From Pelomyxa schiedti (Eukaryota; Protista; Evosea), in the NCBI GenBank assembly GCA_020536535.1, contig JAHLWZ010000489.1, positions 5,139 to 69,138 on the forward strand: 64,000 bases of DNA, read 5' to 3'. The translations under genes and the position numbers were made by a program. The notes beneath the pieces were generated by a model. The model did no database searches and was not told the origin of the DNA. It saw only the letters and a program-made list of their open reading frames with translations. Positions 28,032 through 41,267 of this stretch are shown one piece after another; positions within the stretch are counted from its first letter, which is position 1, and each line of letters starts with the position of its first letter.

Positions 28032-29691
28032 CTATGCTGATGATGTTGATGATGAAGAAGAAGAATGATGATGGTTGGGATGACCAGGATACACCTGCTC
28101 AGAATCGTGGCCAATAGCATGGCAGTCATAGTAATACCAATTAACGTTCTCACCAGCGGGCTCGACGAAGCAGTCGTCGCAGTTGGGGTCAGTGCAAATG
28201 TGTGGAACGTGGACGCCCTCTGGTGACCACTCAGTGTATCCCCACAGGTTGTTGTCGATCAGTATGCAGTCAGACTTGGTCCAGTAGTAGATCATTGATG
28301 GTCTGCCATGACAGTCTGTGTTGGCAAACGTAGCATCCCACGCCGGCCTGGGCATATATGATTAAAATAAATGAAGAAATTAATACAAAACAACACTCAA
28401 AGGCAAAACACCATACAGTCGAGAGATACACACACAGAGAGAGAAACAAACATACTCTTCCTTGAACCAGCGGCCTATGAGGGCATCAAATTCGGCCACA
28501 GTGGCACAACCTTCAAGGAGGTTCCCAGCATCAGGGTAGCATGCCGGTTCCGAAGGGCAGTTACAGACCCAATCGTTCTCATTTGTGCAGTACTGAGCAA
28601 AGACCTCGAGGGCTTCCCCAGTGCATGTGGTGTCAACAAACTCCGCAGAGTAGTACACGAGTGAAAAGTCGCAGTCGCCGCCGTCATATCCACAGTCCTC
28701 ATTGTTGCACCGATCGTCGCAGTGATTATTGCCAATCATATCTTCGTGACACCACCAATCATCACGATCAGTGTAACCATCCATCTCACCACAGTAGCCA
28801 TCTATGTTGTGTGTTAGGCTCGTAAAGAGAGAATAGATTGATATAATAAGGGGAGACAAACAAGCGTCGCAGTCGCCGCCGTCCCGGTTGCAGTAATCGT
28901 TGTAGCACGTGGTGTCACAATTCCCGTCACCAACCTGGCTCCTTTGGCAATAGGGGTAGTCGCAGTACTGCCCGATCACGGCGTCACAGTCACCGCCGTC
29001 CCAGTTGCAGGCCTCGTTGTAGCAATCCATGTCACAATAGCCATTGCCCACGTCGGTTGGAATGTAGCACGAGGGAGCGCACAAGCCCTCGCAGTCGTAT
29101 CCGTCCCAGAAGCATTCCTCGGTCCAGCAATCTATGTCGCATTGTTCGTTGCCAATCAGCCAAGGGTAGCAGTTAGGAGCGCAGCCGATGAACACTGCAC
29201 ATTGAAAGGAAGTGAGGGTTAGACACATAAAACCAAAGTATAAGATATAAGATTAAAAAAAAAAGAAGATACTACGCACAGCAGTCCCCGCCGTCCCACG
29301 CACAGTCGGCGTTGGCGCACTCCCAATCGCACATGCCATTGCCCCAGTCTGCTGCAGCGCAGTTCCAGTCGCCGCAGGCCCCTCCGTCGCCACAGTCTCC
29401 GCCGTCGTAGTTGCATTCCTCTGTCATGCACCACGAGTCGCAATCACCGTTTCCGATGGAACTGTTATAGCACCCAGGGTTGCAGAGGCCTGTTTGTTGT
29501 TGGTGAGATATAAAATGGGCTAAAAAAAAAGGGAAGGAACCGCTGCAGTCGCCGTTGTCGAAGGAGTTTTCCATGCTGAAGCACTCGATGTCGCATTGGC
29601 CATCACCATTTCGACCATAACAATGGTCTCCCCAGCCTTCAGAGGCAAAGGCGAGTGTGGAGAGGGCAAGCAAAGCAATGATGCACCTCAT
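28032..29691 (-). CDS. Secreted Lin-12/Notch-repeat (LNR) protein
   Basis: Signal peptide MRCIIALLALSTLAFA; about seven G(N/D)G.CD..C....C..DGGDC repeats; Cys-rich C-terminal domain. 3' end uncertain. Confidence 0.85.
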
Positions 29692-30217
29692 CTTGTTGTT
29701 TGTTTGGTGAATGTTTATGTTTTTAGTGTTTGTTCTCTTTGACGAGAGAGTGTTGTTTGTTGCCTTGGTTGTTTGTTTGTTTTGTTTGCTTTTTTCTTTT
29801 GACAAACAAGAGCCAAACGGTTCCGCTTAAAAAGCCAGCCAGGCATCCACCGCTGCGGCACGCATCACGTTGTTCATTGCCCAAATTGATGAACGACTTC
29901 CGAAAGAGGGAAAAATCACAACACGAGTTTGCCAGTGACCTGTGATGGTTGAACTCTTCATCACTCCTTCTGCGCATCGCACTGTGCTCATGCACATCCG
30001 GACGGGAACAAAGGGCCCGCTTTTTAGTGTTCTTTCGGAGACACGTTCCGACAACGTCTTCTCTATAACCATCAACCGCCGCATCCTCGTCGCCCACTCC
30101 CCCTGTTGACGCCCCTTTCCCCACACCTCTTGTGAAGCAGACTTATGGGATCGCATTGAATAACACATGGTAGCCTAGATGGAAGAGTGAAGAACGACGA
30201 ACAAAGGGGTTGGCTTA

Positions 30218-30890
30218 ATGGTTACGGTACGGACTGCTCATCTGGGTGCAACGAGATCACTTGACAAGGGCGGCGGAGCCTGCGACTGGTCCTGCTACAA
30301 CGACGAACCGGACCGCGAGCGGCATGATGGCGACTGTGATACCTACATGGAGAGCCCACTACGCTACAATGCCTGCCTCGACACAGAGGTTGGCGATGGG
30401 GTTTGTAACAGCTACTGCTACAACCAGTTTGGTGACCGGGACGGCGGCGACTGCGGCAGAGTTCCCACCTCTCTGTTCTCTATGCAGTATCCCTCCTCTC
30501 CTCTTCTTGTGGGTGGTTTATTATTATTTATTAAGGTTTATAAGAATATAAGAATATAAGAATTGCCTTTCCTAACTCCAAACAACAGATGGGACCTACC
30601 GTGGCGAATTCTGCCACATGGACTTCATTGGTGATGATGACATGACTGCGACGTTTACTGCAACACGGATGAATGTGAATGTGAATATGATAGCGGTGAC
30701 TGGGACTTTCGCTGCGTCTACTACGAAACCGCGTTCACAGATGACACATGCACCGGCGACGTTCTCACGGTCAGTACTTACTATTCCCATTCCCGGGACT
30801 GCGGCCGCTACTGGGATGACCCCTCGACCTTATCTGCAGACATTCAATGCCCTAATCGACGACTGGTTCGAGGAAGAGTATGTTCGTGCT
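30218..30890 (+). pseudogene. Degenerate inverted LNR-repeat gene copy
   Basis: VGDGVCNSYCYNQFGDRDGGDC and ..FNALIDDWFEEE match the family, but frames shift and there is no signal peptide. Confidence 0.65.
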
Positions 30891-31057
30891 TATTATTATT
30901 ATACAAGTAATTTAATATTATATTTCTCGTCATTGATGGCTGCTGACTGATCTCGGTTGGTGGTGCCTCTGCTGCCAGCAGCTAAAACCCCTCCTCTATG
31001 TATATCTTTTTAAGAAGAAAAAAAACTGAGTGTTATGAAAACAAGTTTTTATTTCTC

Positions 31058-32610
31058 TCAATTTCTTAGGATCGTGAAGCGAGACAGGCAGCCAATGCAC
31101 ACGGCCGGTACATACTGTGTGTTGCTTGTGAGTGTGGTGTTCAATATTTCACGCCCATTGACTTTGAATGACACTTGCAAGCCTTTGTCCCTGCTGACCT
31201 CCATGATGACAGATGAACCTAACCCTTACTTCATCAAAGTATTCAAACTTGGGTGAGTCGGGGGATCCCCAATTCATCCTCACACCCAGTGCAACCTGGG
31301 GATTCCATTGGTCAGGAAGGTCTTGTATTGATGGGCTTTTCCGGCATAGTTCCTGTGGAACAAGTGCGAACTGAAATGCACCACATGCGGTCACTTCCAG
31401 TTTCAGGCTGGATGCTGGCAGCAACGGCGATGTGAGGAATGCCATTACACCCCCGGCGGATGCAGTCCGATAGCATGTGTCTCCTTCCACCCGGACTGAA
31501 CTTTCCTGAAAATAGTGTCAGTCAGTAAATGTAAGAATGAAAGGGACTTACAAGCTTGGAGGTGTCCCACTGCCACTTGGGTAAATCTTGCAGTACGTTT
31601 GCTTTGGAAAGTTCGAGCAGTTTGTCAACTTTTGCTTCAAGAACACTGAGGTCATGAACAAGTTTCTGTTCAAGTTAGTTTTGAGATGTTACATTGACGA
31701 TGTTACAGAATTCAGTGTGTTAAGTGATTCTATCTTGGAATTTTGGGAGGCTATTGTTGCCCTGAACTCGGCATGTTCTCGGGTGAGTTTCTTTTCAGTG
31801 TTGGTGAATAATTTGCGGAAAAGAGAAACATAAATACCTCGTTTTGTGCAGATAAAGACTCTATTTTTCCATTCAGCACGTCAAGATGGGGCCGCAGCAA
31901 AACTAAAGGGCAGGATTCCTTGTGAGAACCAAGCTGAGCTCTCTTTCCTGATTAATATGTGAGGTATTTGGGAAGGGGAAATTTGAAATACCCTTCCAGG
32001 AACACTGGGGGGATTCGCAAGGAAGGAGTGCACAAGAGCAAACTCCATTATGCATGGGCATGTTTTTTGGAGAAACCAGCTCACCACACCCATTCGGGCA
32101 CTCTGTAAAGATATAAGACGTAGTCGAGTGAAGTAAATACCAGCAGGAAGTTGCTTGCACTCCAACTGGTGGTTCTTAAAAGATACACGCGCACCAACGT
32201 CACCACACAAAATACATTCAACCTGGAGTTGATCCACCTTTCCAAACGGTTAGTTACTCTACATATATATACATACATATATATCAATCACTGAGATAGC
32301 CAGAAAGTCAAAACCACAACCACCCATAATTCAAACAGCCCAACGGCAACAACAACCCAAATACACACACACGCACCACCACGTGGGCCTCGCACAGGAT
32401 GGTGCCGCACGAGTGCATGACAGGCGCGACGTAGGGCCCCCCGCACACCCCGCACACAAGCAGCCCGCTGATGCTCCCCTCGTTGATGTACTTGTACATC
32501 CGTGTGCTTGTTGGTGTTGGTGTTGGTTGTGGTTGTGGGGTGCATCCTGGGGCACCAGCTCCCACTGCTGCTGCTGGAACCACCTTGGTTTGTCCTGGTC
32601 CACCCGACAT
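31058..32610 (-). CDS. RING finger + TRAF-type zinc finger + coiled-coil + SPRY-like protein (probable E3 ligase)
   Basis: YKYIN...LVCGVCGGPYVAPVMHSCGTILC, ECPNGCGELV....H..VC....PC...CSW; C-terminal VSFKVNG...YVPAVC. Confidence 0.75.
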
Positions 32611-32903
32611 GTCCTTGGTGTTTTTATGGGAAGGGATAAGACTGTGAAGAACGCGCTTGTTGGGTCTTGCACAAGGAGAGCTCGCATGGGCATTTCTCCA
32701 GCTCCCTCTGGAGAGATTAGATTCGGGAAAGAGAGGCCTTATTTTGGGTACTTTTTTCTTCATCTTGTCATCAGGGCGTTCTGGGAAGAAGATCTTCTTA
32801 CTGGAGGGACACTTAAGAAATAAAAATCAATCAATAAACCTAACGCGTCGCTGCGCGATCGTTAAACGCCGGATTTGCGACAAGATCGTTGAAACGTACA
32901 CAA

Positions 32904-33726
32904 ATGGCCAAAGGAAAGAAGGAACTGGTCGCCAAACTCATTTTGATTGTTTGCGGGCTCGCTTTCGTATGTACAAACGACGATATAATATATATGTATT
33001 TGCCAGGTTGTAATGAAAATATATGCAGGTGGTGTGCTGCGCGTTTTACGCTTGGCAAATATACCTTGCTTCTGACGTTGATACTAACGGCTCCGCTGCG
33101 GGTGGTCACGAAGTTGACCTTGGAGGTTGGCTTTCTACAACGCTTTAGCTTTAGTTTTCGACTTACCTCCTTTCCCATACACTTAGGTGTCATCAGCAAC
33201 GCAGTGTGTATTTTAGTATTAATCATTATCTGTGTACTCTGTTTCATTGGGGCACTGAAACAAATAATTGCAGTCCTTGGAACAGTGAGTTCACCCTCAC
33301 ACAATGCGCGAGCCTTATGTACATTTTAGTTGATTCTTTCTGGGGTTATCATGTTCCTTCTGTGCCTTCTCCAAATTATCTTCTACCTCGTTGGACGTAA
33401 CACTTGCGATGACAGCTCTTTCTTTAAGTAAGTAGGTATGAACCCTTGCCAGCATCTGAGTTCCCTTACAGTTACGTTTGTGACCATCAGACTTGGTGGC
33501 TTATTATCGTGAATGCTGTGATATGCGGACTAGCGGTAATATTTTCATCTGCAACTTGCAGTTCCAACCAAATACACAGGCACTTAGCATTGTTTGTTCC
33601 GCTGTTCTATTGTACTGCAAGTCAAAAGACAAACCAGCAGATACTGCCCTTGGTAATGCTTTTTTCTTTCCTCCACCAACCAAGCACTAACATCCACCAA
33701 CAGATAACTACTATCCCAGTTCCTAG
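32904..33726 (+). CDS. Small four-transmembrane protein
   Basis: Exons join via GT-AG introns into a protein with four hydrophobic segments. Confidence 0.6.
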
Positions 33727-33876
33727 AGAACCAGCCATTAGGCAATATGTAACTCCAACTACATCACCCCATACCCCGTTGTATCAATTTAAAAAACCCT
33801 CGAGTTTTGAAAAACAATTAAAAAAACCCAAGCAATTATTATTATTATTATTAAAAAGCAACGATAGGCCCTAGGA

Positions 33877-36800
33877 ATGATGCTCCGTACATCAACCGGG
33901 GAGTCAATCGTCGACGAGTCGATAGCCCACTGCGGTGACGTCGTTGCCCTGCTCTCGCTGTCCGCCCCAGGCCACCTCCAACAACAACCCATAATGCCCA
34001 TCCAGCAGCACCAACAAACCCAGGTACCCCCACAACAGCAAACAGTGATGACACAACAACCACTCAACTCCGCACCAAATGCAAATGTTGGTGTTGGTGT
34101 CCCACTGAGTGGTGCCCCCCACGATACTACAATGGCGTCATCCCATAATCACCCCCAGCCAAAACGCGGGGACGGGGCTTCCACCCGGCGGCATAACAAC
34201 CACAACAACCCAAATAACACCAACAACGGTGGCAATGTAGGGAGAGGGGGTGGCGGAATGGTCATTATGGGAGGGTGCTACTCCGTGGAGGACGTGGAGA
34301 ACGCCAACAACATCAACAACAATAACAACAACAATACCACCACAACACAACCTTCACACCATTTCACAAGACAACAACAACATCAACAGCAGGCACATAC
34401 GAATCGCCGCCAGCACAATAATAATAGCAACAACAACAACAACAACAATCACCATCAACAACAGCACAAGCAGTATAATAACAACAACATGGCCATGGGA
34501 CATCAATTAGGGGATATTGGTGGTTATGGTGAGAGGGTAGAGGGTTCATGTTGTTGTTGCTGTGGGGACGGAAGCTGGGAGAACATGGCCTGGGTATCTG
34601 CCTTGTTGATTGTATGTAATTCTTTCGTAGCATGGGAGTACCTTGTCATCACTTCGTTTTCTTTCTGTTGTTGTGCAATCTGCGCATACACTCGCTTCAA
34701 TTTGTGAATTCATTCTCATTGGTTCGTTTCAGGGATGCAAAGTTGTGGTGCAGGTGAAGGACGGCTCCAAGTATGAAGGGATATTCCATTCATCGTGCTT
34801 GGGTATTCTTCATACTATCTGTAGTGCTGTTTCATTTGGCAATAGATAGCCATGATGGCTACGGTGTTGTTCTCCAGATGGCCGTTATTAAGGCGGGTCC
34901 CCTTTGCACTGATAACAAGAGCGATGCAGCTTCCAAATCTTCAGATAATCAGACACTTCCGCTAGTAATTATACCACCCGAGGAGTTTGTTCAACTTCAA
35001 ATTGAGGATTGGGACTATGCTATACAAGCCTCAGGTCTTCCCACTGGCTCAGGTTGGAATGGTGTTGCTTGGATTTTAAAGACATACTCATTAATTATTC
35101 AGGCTTTGCCACAGACACTGAGATCAGTGCCCAAAGAAGGGTAGGTGGTACTGAACGTGAGCTCACACCATGGGTAGCTGAAGACACAAACATAATACCA
35201 GATCACCTCACTTTAGAGTATAACAAATGCCAACCAACAGCGTGAGATCTCACCATTTATACAGAAACACATTTTCGAGGAGTGGTTCAGGCTGGGATCA
35301 ATTCAAAACAAATGAAATGCTGTATGCCTTTGCTACCAGTGGAACATATTTCTCAAGCCTGTAACTAAGGTTTGGTGTAAAATCTACGTATACTGAGGAG
35401 CAGTACACAACTGTATTAAACAAGAATCACCCCAATTATTTGAAACAAGTGTCCACTGCAGAACGTATTGCCCATGAAATGGAAAAGGTGGGATTCTTCT
35501 TCTAGTACTTTTTCTTTTTAACACTATCAGCAACCTACTAGTAACCCTCACTTGGCTGAAGAAAGAGGTATCGCTCTTCCCGAATCGGCTTATTCGGAGG
35601 AGGACAGGTTGTCAATGCCTTTATAAAAATACCACTTAACATGAACCAGGTTCAGTGCAGTCATTCAAGACGGTGTTATGCAACCAACAGAACGCAAATC
35701 GAGCTCTCGATTTCCGATCAACCAACCCCAGTTTCAGATCTTTAACAATGGAACGGAAACGAAACCCTCTCCCAACTCCCTCACACCCCTCACAGAGCCC
35801 AATTCCTTGCCAGCTCAAAACTCCCAAACCCCTGCAACCGTGCCTCCCCAAGCACAACCACAGGGAACAAATCAACCACAATTACCTCAAATTTATATGC
35901 CACCCTCCAAGCGTAAACTACTTGAGCAGCAATTACAGAAACAAGGACAGAAGGCACAAATAGTCACTCAAGAGCAGAGTCTGGACTTTGGGCAAGGCAA
36001 TTCCCACAGTTCAGCTCCGCTCGACACAACCTCACAACAACCACCCCAAACTTCTTTGGAAAAATCTTTACCATCAAAGCAGCCCTTGATGCCACCTGCA
36101 AAACCACAGGCCCTCCAGCCAAGCATTCCATTGGTCTCAATCCCTGTAAAACCCCCACTTATAGCCATGACCATTCAACCCAAAGCAAAGTTTCCATCAA
36201 CAGCCTTATCTTCTTTTACTCCACATGTACCAGATCGCACATCAACTGCCGAAGAAGAAACCACATCAGAAGTGAAGTCTGGGCACACTCAACCATCTCC
36301 ATCAGGGGTATCTTCTCCAGGGTCTTCAGTATCAAAAGCCACCCCAACAACTCCAAGAACTCCAAAAACAACTCCACTAACACCCAGGTCACCACGTACT
36401 GTAACCCCAACAACCACCCCAACCACCACACCAGCAACTACACCCAGGGCCGCGCATAGTGGAGACCATGACACTCCTATTGACTCTCCCAGGATAAAGC
36501 AAGAGGTGAGCTATCAATTCCCATTTCTTCTGGTCTGATATTAACTTTTAGGGTGACTTGAGTTTATCCCCAGACTACGCAAGGTTTATTTTACCCCAAA
36601 CTTGAAGTTTCTAATGCTGTTTTAGGCGAAGCCCTGTTCTTCAAGTGTGCAAGTATTTATTATGTTATTTATTTTCACCTCCTCCAAGTGCCCGCCATCA
36701 CCCACACTTCATCCGCATGAAATGAAAGACAGAAGGAGCCCACTTTTCAATGAGAGGGTCAGGGTGAGGCAAGGTGTGATCACTGAAACCTTCAAAGTAA

Positions 36801-38260
36801 TTACCATTTTGTTTGTTTTTTTCTTAGACTCATTCCCACACAGCCTCAGGCCCCTCTCCAATCTAAAGATGATAAGGTTTCTTTCCTTAAATGGCTTACT
36901 TACTGTGACTTGCTACACAGATTGTTTCTGTTGAGACTAGCAGACAGTCACCACTCATGTCTCCTTTCGTCGATAACCCAAAGAGGATTCAAGCATTGGC
37001 CCTGGAACCTGCACCTCCACATGTGTCAGGTAATGCCATTTTTGTCACTTTTTTATCCAAAGTGTTTTACGCTCTGAAAAAGATGCTGTCATCAAAGATT
37101 TCCTCAAGTTCTCTCATGAAGCAAATTTACAGAAGAAAAAAGAAGAGGAGCAAAAAGTTATGAAGTCATTGAAGGACTTCCACTCGCAACTTCCAGTAAG
37201 GAAAAAAAAATAAACTCAAGTCAAAATAACCATCCCATCAGCAACTTTTGGCAAAAAAGAAAAATACTTCAGATACTGGAGTGACCAAAGTTTGTTCACC
37301 AGCACCCACCAGTAACGCAACTGTCTCCAAAGAAACTACTACTACAACCACGTGCACTGCAACACCAGCTTCACCTCCAGCCAGCACACTACCTTCTCCA
37401 GTAGTGAAATTGTCTCCTCTCGCTCCGTCATTCACCCCTTCAAGACTCCCCGCACCAACAAAAACAGCAACACCAAGTAATTTGTCAGTATCTAGCATTA
37501 CTCTCAATCCGTTAGCACCCTCTTTCACTCCTGGGGTATGTGGAAAACACTTTTTTGATGAAAAATATTCTAACCTTTTCTTACAAACAGAAAAAGGCAA
37601 GTCCTGTGAACTTTTCTTCTTAGCCATGTCTGATAGAACATTATTACCAGGATCAGCCACTGGACCACAGTAGCAAGGGGAAATCTAATGTCCACAGCTT
37701 CATTGACTCTATTTGCCAATCTCTTGTTGCCCTGAGGCAACAGAAACCAGACAATAAAAACTTCCGTGTGTAAAGAAAAGCTGATCTTGTCATTTGCTAA
37801 TTTTGTGGCAGCAATAACCTGGACTGGCACTGGCAGTGGAACATTCCCGGAAGACTTCGAAGACGAGAATACTATTGATGAGACTGATCTAGCAAGTGAC
37901 GAAAACGGGTTTTTATCCTTTTCCCCTTATTATTGCTTTGAATAATATTTCATATAGTTACTACCCCGATGTTATGTACCCACAGGTTTGTAAATTCGGC
38001 TGTTTATTTTCCCATCGTTAATCAACAATAGGCCGGCTACGTACTGGATCCTTTTCCTCCAATTCCTACATGTAAGAGTGATTCTTTTTCTTTATCCAAT
38101 GCTTACATCTAACATTACAATTTGCCGCGAACAGACCCGCCTAGTTTCATTCCTCCAGTATGTCTTGGTCCTCTTTGTTTATAACATATTGACCAACAAC
38201 CAGGCATTGGGAGTACCACCACCAATCCCAGGATTCCCACTTTATACATCCAGGTTTTGA
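33877..38260 (+). CDS. ATXN2: Ataxin-2/Pbp1 homolog (LSm, LsmAD, PAM2)
   Basis: GCKVVVQVKDGSKYEGIF; FATDTEIS..ERELTPW; WDQF..NE..FGVKSTY.E..YTT; NPHLAEERG..SEEDRFSAV; PAM2-like LSPLAPSFTP and LNPLAPSFTP. Ends approximate. Confidence 0.88.
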
Positions 38261-38313
38261 CCATAGAGCCCAATACATAAAAAAAAACAGAATCCACAAC
38301 CTTATTCGAAAAC

Positions 38314-38417
38314 AAAAAACGAAGGTGTTGTCGGCACCCACTCCCGCTAAGGAGTTAATGACGAATGCAGGTATCCTGCTTGTCGAGAACCGCAACATAG
38401 TCGTTACCCTTGTGGGC
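38314..38417 (-). ncRNA. Novel structured small ncRNA, family member C (~104 nt)
   Basis: TCCCATAA 62 nt upstream; 5' hairpin GCCC-ACAA-GGGU; closing ACGA/UCGU; UGUUG-CGGU/GCCG-A-CAACA; hairpins GCAGG-AUA-CCUGC and ACUCCU-UAGC-GGGAGU; ends in U6. Confidence 0.75.
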
Positions 38418-38472
38418 GAAAAAGCTGACCCAGGCGCCGCAGAAGAACAGGTAGATTTTCGCCCAACAGCTC

Positions 38473-38480
38473 TTATGGGA
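38473..38480 (-). promoter_or_regulatory. DUSE-like element TCCCATAA for ncRNA C
   Basis: At -62 from GCCCAC. Confidence 0.7.
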
Positions 38481-38669
38481 AAGTTTCGCTGGGTGTTCTT
38501 TCCCCCAGTGGAGGAGAGAAGGACGTGTTATTGCAATACAATTACGTCGAAGTACGTCAGACCTGACCAGGTAGACAAGTACAGTACTCCCTTTTTCGAT
38601 CTGGAAGGAGTGAACAGATTTGCACTTGATACTTCGTCGAACATTGCACTTCGGGCGTAGATCTTGTGA

Positions 38670-41069
38670 ATGTCAGGCGAGGTGGTGTGGCCGCGCGTGT
38701 TGGGGTTCGGTAACCCATTATTGGATATTACAGTCGACGTAAATGAGGCATTTCTCGCTAGGTCTCGTTTTTTTTTTTTTTCCCTTCTTTTCCCTCTGGG
38801 GGTCCTTTTTGGAACTGACACCCCTTATGCAGGTACGGACTGAGCCCGAATGCAGCTATTCTGGCTGGTCCAACTCACATGCCACTGTGCGTTAATTTCT
38901 AGCGTCTCCCCTTTGACATTTCGCCGTTTCCACCGTTTCTTGTTCGGCGCCGAGTTTAACGAATTTGATTGAATTGAAAAGATACGAAGAAGTTGGAGCA
39001 ATGACCAGCAAAAAGCTGACGACCGGCGGAAGTTGCTTGAATACCATGAGAGCAGTACAGGTCAATCCTTTTCGCTTTTACTCACCGTTTACTTTTTGCG
39101 GACTAACTGGGCGTAGTGGATGACGCAGAAGAAACACATGACTGGCTTTGTGGGCAGTATAGGAGTTGATATTCCCAACAGTAAATCTCTTCAAGATTTG
39201 GTGGTCAATTGCGGAGTGAAACCCCTCTTTATGACGGCTGAGAAGGCTCCAACCGGCACTTGTGCTGCTCTGATCTGCGGAACCAACAGGTTTTATCCTG
39301 TTTCTAACCCTAAACATAAACTCAACTCTTTCAGGAGTCTTGTTACGAATCTAGGCGCGGCAGATTTGTTCACTCACTGGCACTTTGAAAGCGACCTTGT
39401 CCAGCAACACATTGCTAACGCTGTTGCATTTTATGCTGAAGGATTTTTCGTCACAGTAGCGTCTCATACTTTAGTGGAACTTGGAAAAATCGCTCTTAAA
39501 ACCAACAAGGTTTCCCATTTATCCGTTTTTATCAAATCCTAAAACGCTTGCAGCCATTTATGTTCAACCTATCTGCAGTCTTCCTGCTTCAAGTACCAGT
39601 ATTTTGGAATGGCATGAAGCAAGTTCTTCCCTACGTTGACGTTTTATTCTGCAATGAGACTGAGGCTGGAGCTTTATCAAACCAAATGGGATGGGGAACG
39701 GTATCTCTCTACGAAGTTGGAAAATCTCTAACTGCAGTCAACAAGATATCCATTGAGGAAATGGCCAAGAGGATTGCGGGAATGGAAAAGGCCAATACCA
39801 AGAGGGAAAGGATGGTAATTATCACTCAAGGGCCAGATCCCACTGTTGTCTTCCATGGAGGAAGAGTACCTACCCCGATTCACATGTGAAGTTAACGACC
39901 GGCTAGGTTAACGTATTTCCCACCCCAGTCGTTCCAAAGGCCGATATTGTTGATACCAATGGTGCAGGGGATTGTTTTGTAGGAGGTTTCATTAGTAAAT
40001 TCATTGGAGCCTGGCCAAGACCAACAACTTACCAACCCTCCCTCAACGAATGTGTGCGGTCTGGGCAATATTGCGCAATGCACTGCCTTACGAATGTAGG
40101 GTGCTCATTTTGCGGTTTACCTAAGCAGCAGTATTACCCTCTCACTCGAATACTTCATTTCTCACTTTCTGTTAGCACTGGTCTGCAACCGGTAATGAAG
40201 GCATTGGCTTTCGCAACTGAGAAGTATTCATTGACTTTATATTCACTCCTTCTCATGCCCACATCCAGACACAAGAATCAAAAGAGACTGGCCTCTGGGG
40301 AACCCTACATTTCTCACCCGGTTGGGGTCGCTAACGTACTCACTGAAGCTGGGGTATGCTGAGCAGTTTTTAGTTTTTCATTTTATTCATGTTTTCTATC
40401 CAGGTTGAGGACCCCACAGTTTTAATGGCTGCTTTCCTTCACGAGTAACCTTTATCTTTTTTTGACAAGTCCTAATTTGTTTCTCAAGCACCGTGGAGGA
40501 TACTGGAACAACACCGGAGGAGATTGAGGCCGAATTCGGTCCCGCTGTCCGTGAAATTGTTATGGAAGTCACTGACAATAAGTCTCTTCCCAAAAGGAAG
40601 CGCAAAGAATTACAGGTTCGGGCGTTTTTACCCGTGCTACAAAGTCTCATTCCGCTTTTTAGATAGAGCATGCCTTGCACATCTCAAACTCTGCCAAGCT
40701 GATAAAACTGGCTGACAAAATTCATAACCTGGAGAGCTTAGCCCAGTGCTCCCCCTGGTTTGTTTCCCCTACCTTCCACCTCCCCTTTATTAACTCCGCT
40801 CTTTTTCCTTCATACCCACCAGGCCTGCGGATATAATGCGAGGCTACTTCATCTGGGGATTCATGGTGGCACAAGGGCTGTTTGGGATCAACAGCCGGCT
40901 TGATGCACGGGCCCGGGCCGTGTTTGTCAACACAAGGCTACCTCCAGCCCATGTGGAACCTGTCATGCCATCCCTTGTTCCTGCTGAACTGCAACCCCAC
41001 CTTATCCAATACTTGGAAGCCATGGACCGCATCGAGGCTGCTAAGGCTACTACCGCAACCAAACATTGA
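38670..41069 (+). CDS. ADK: Adenosine kinase fused to a MESH1/HDDC3-like HD hydrolase
   Basis: [52 protein letters not shown], then in frame [58 protein letters not shown]. Confidence 0.9.
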
Positions 41070-41267
41070 ACCACCAACACTCGAAGTTGAAGCCCATTAA
41101 AAAAATCAGAGTCTAGTTTTGAATCAAGATATTTCATGTGAAACACAGACCTTATTGGATTATCATCCCAAAAAACCTAAGCACCGACCCATCTACTCGG
41201 GAACCAACTACCTACGACGCAGAGAATTCCGAATTGTGGGTCTGAGGAAGATATTGTGTTGTGCAAT

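Noticed and set aside
38325-38660. 111-aa + strand ORF before ADK
   Set aside because: No recognisable motifs; it overlaps ncRNA C and its DUSE on the other strand and ends 9 nt before the ADK ATG.
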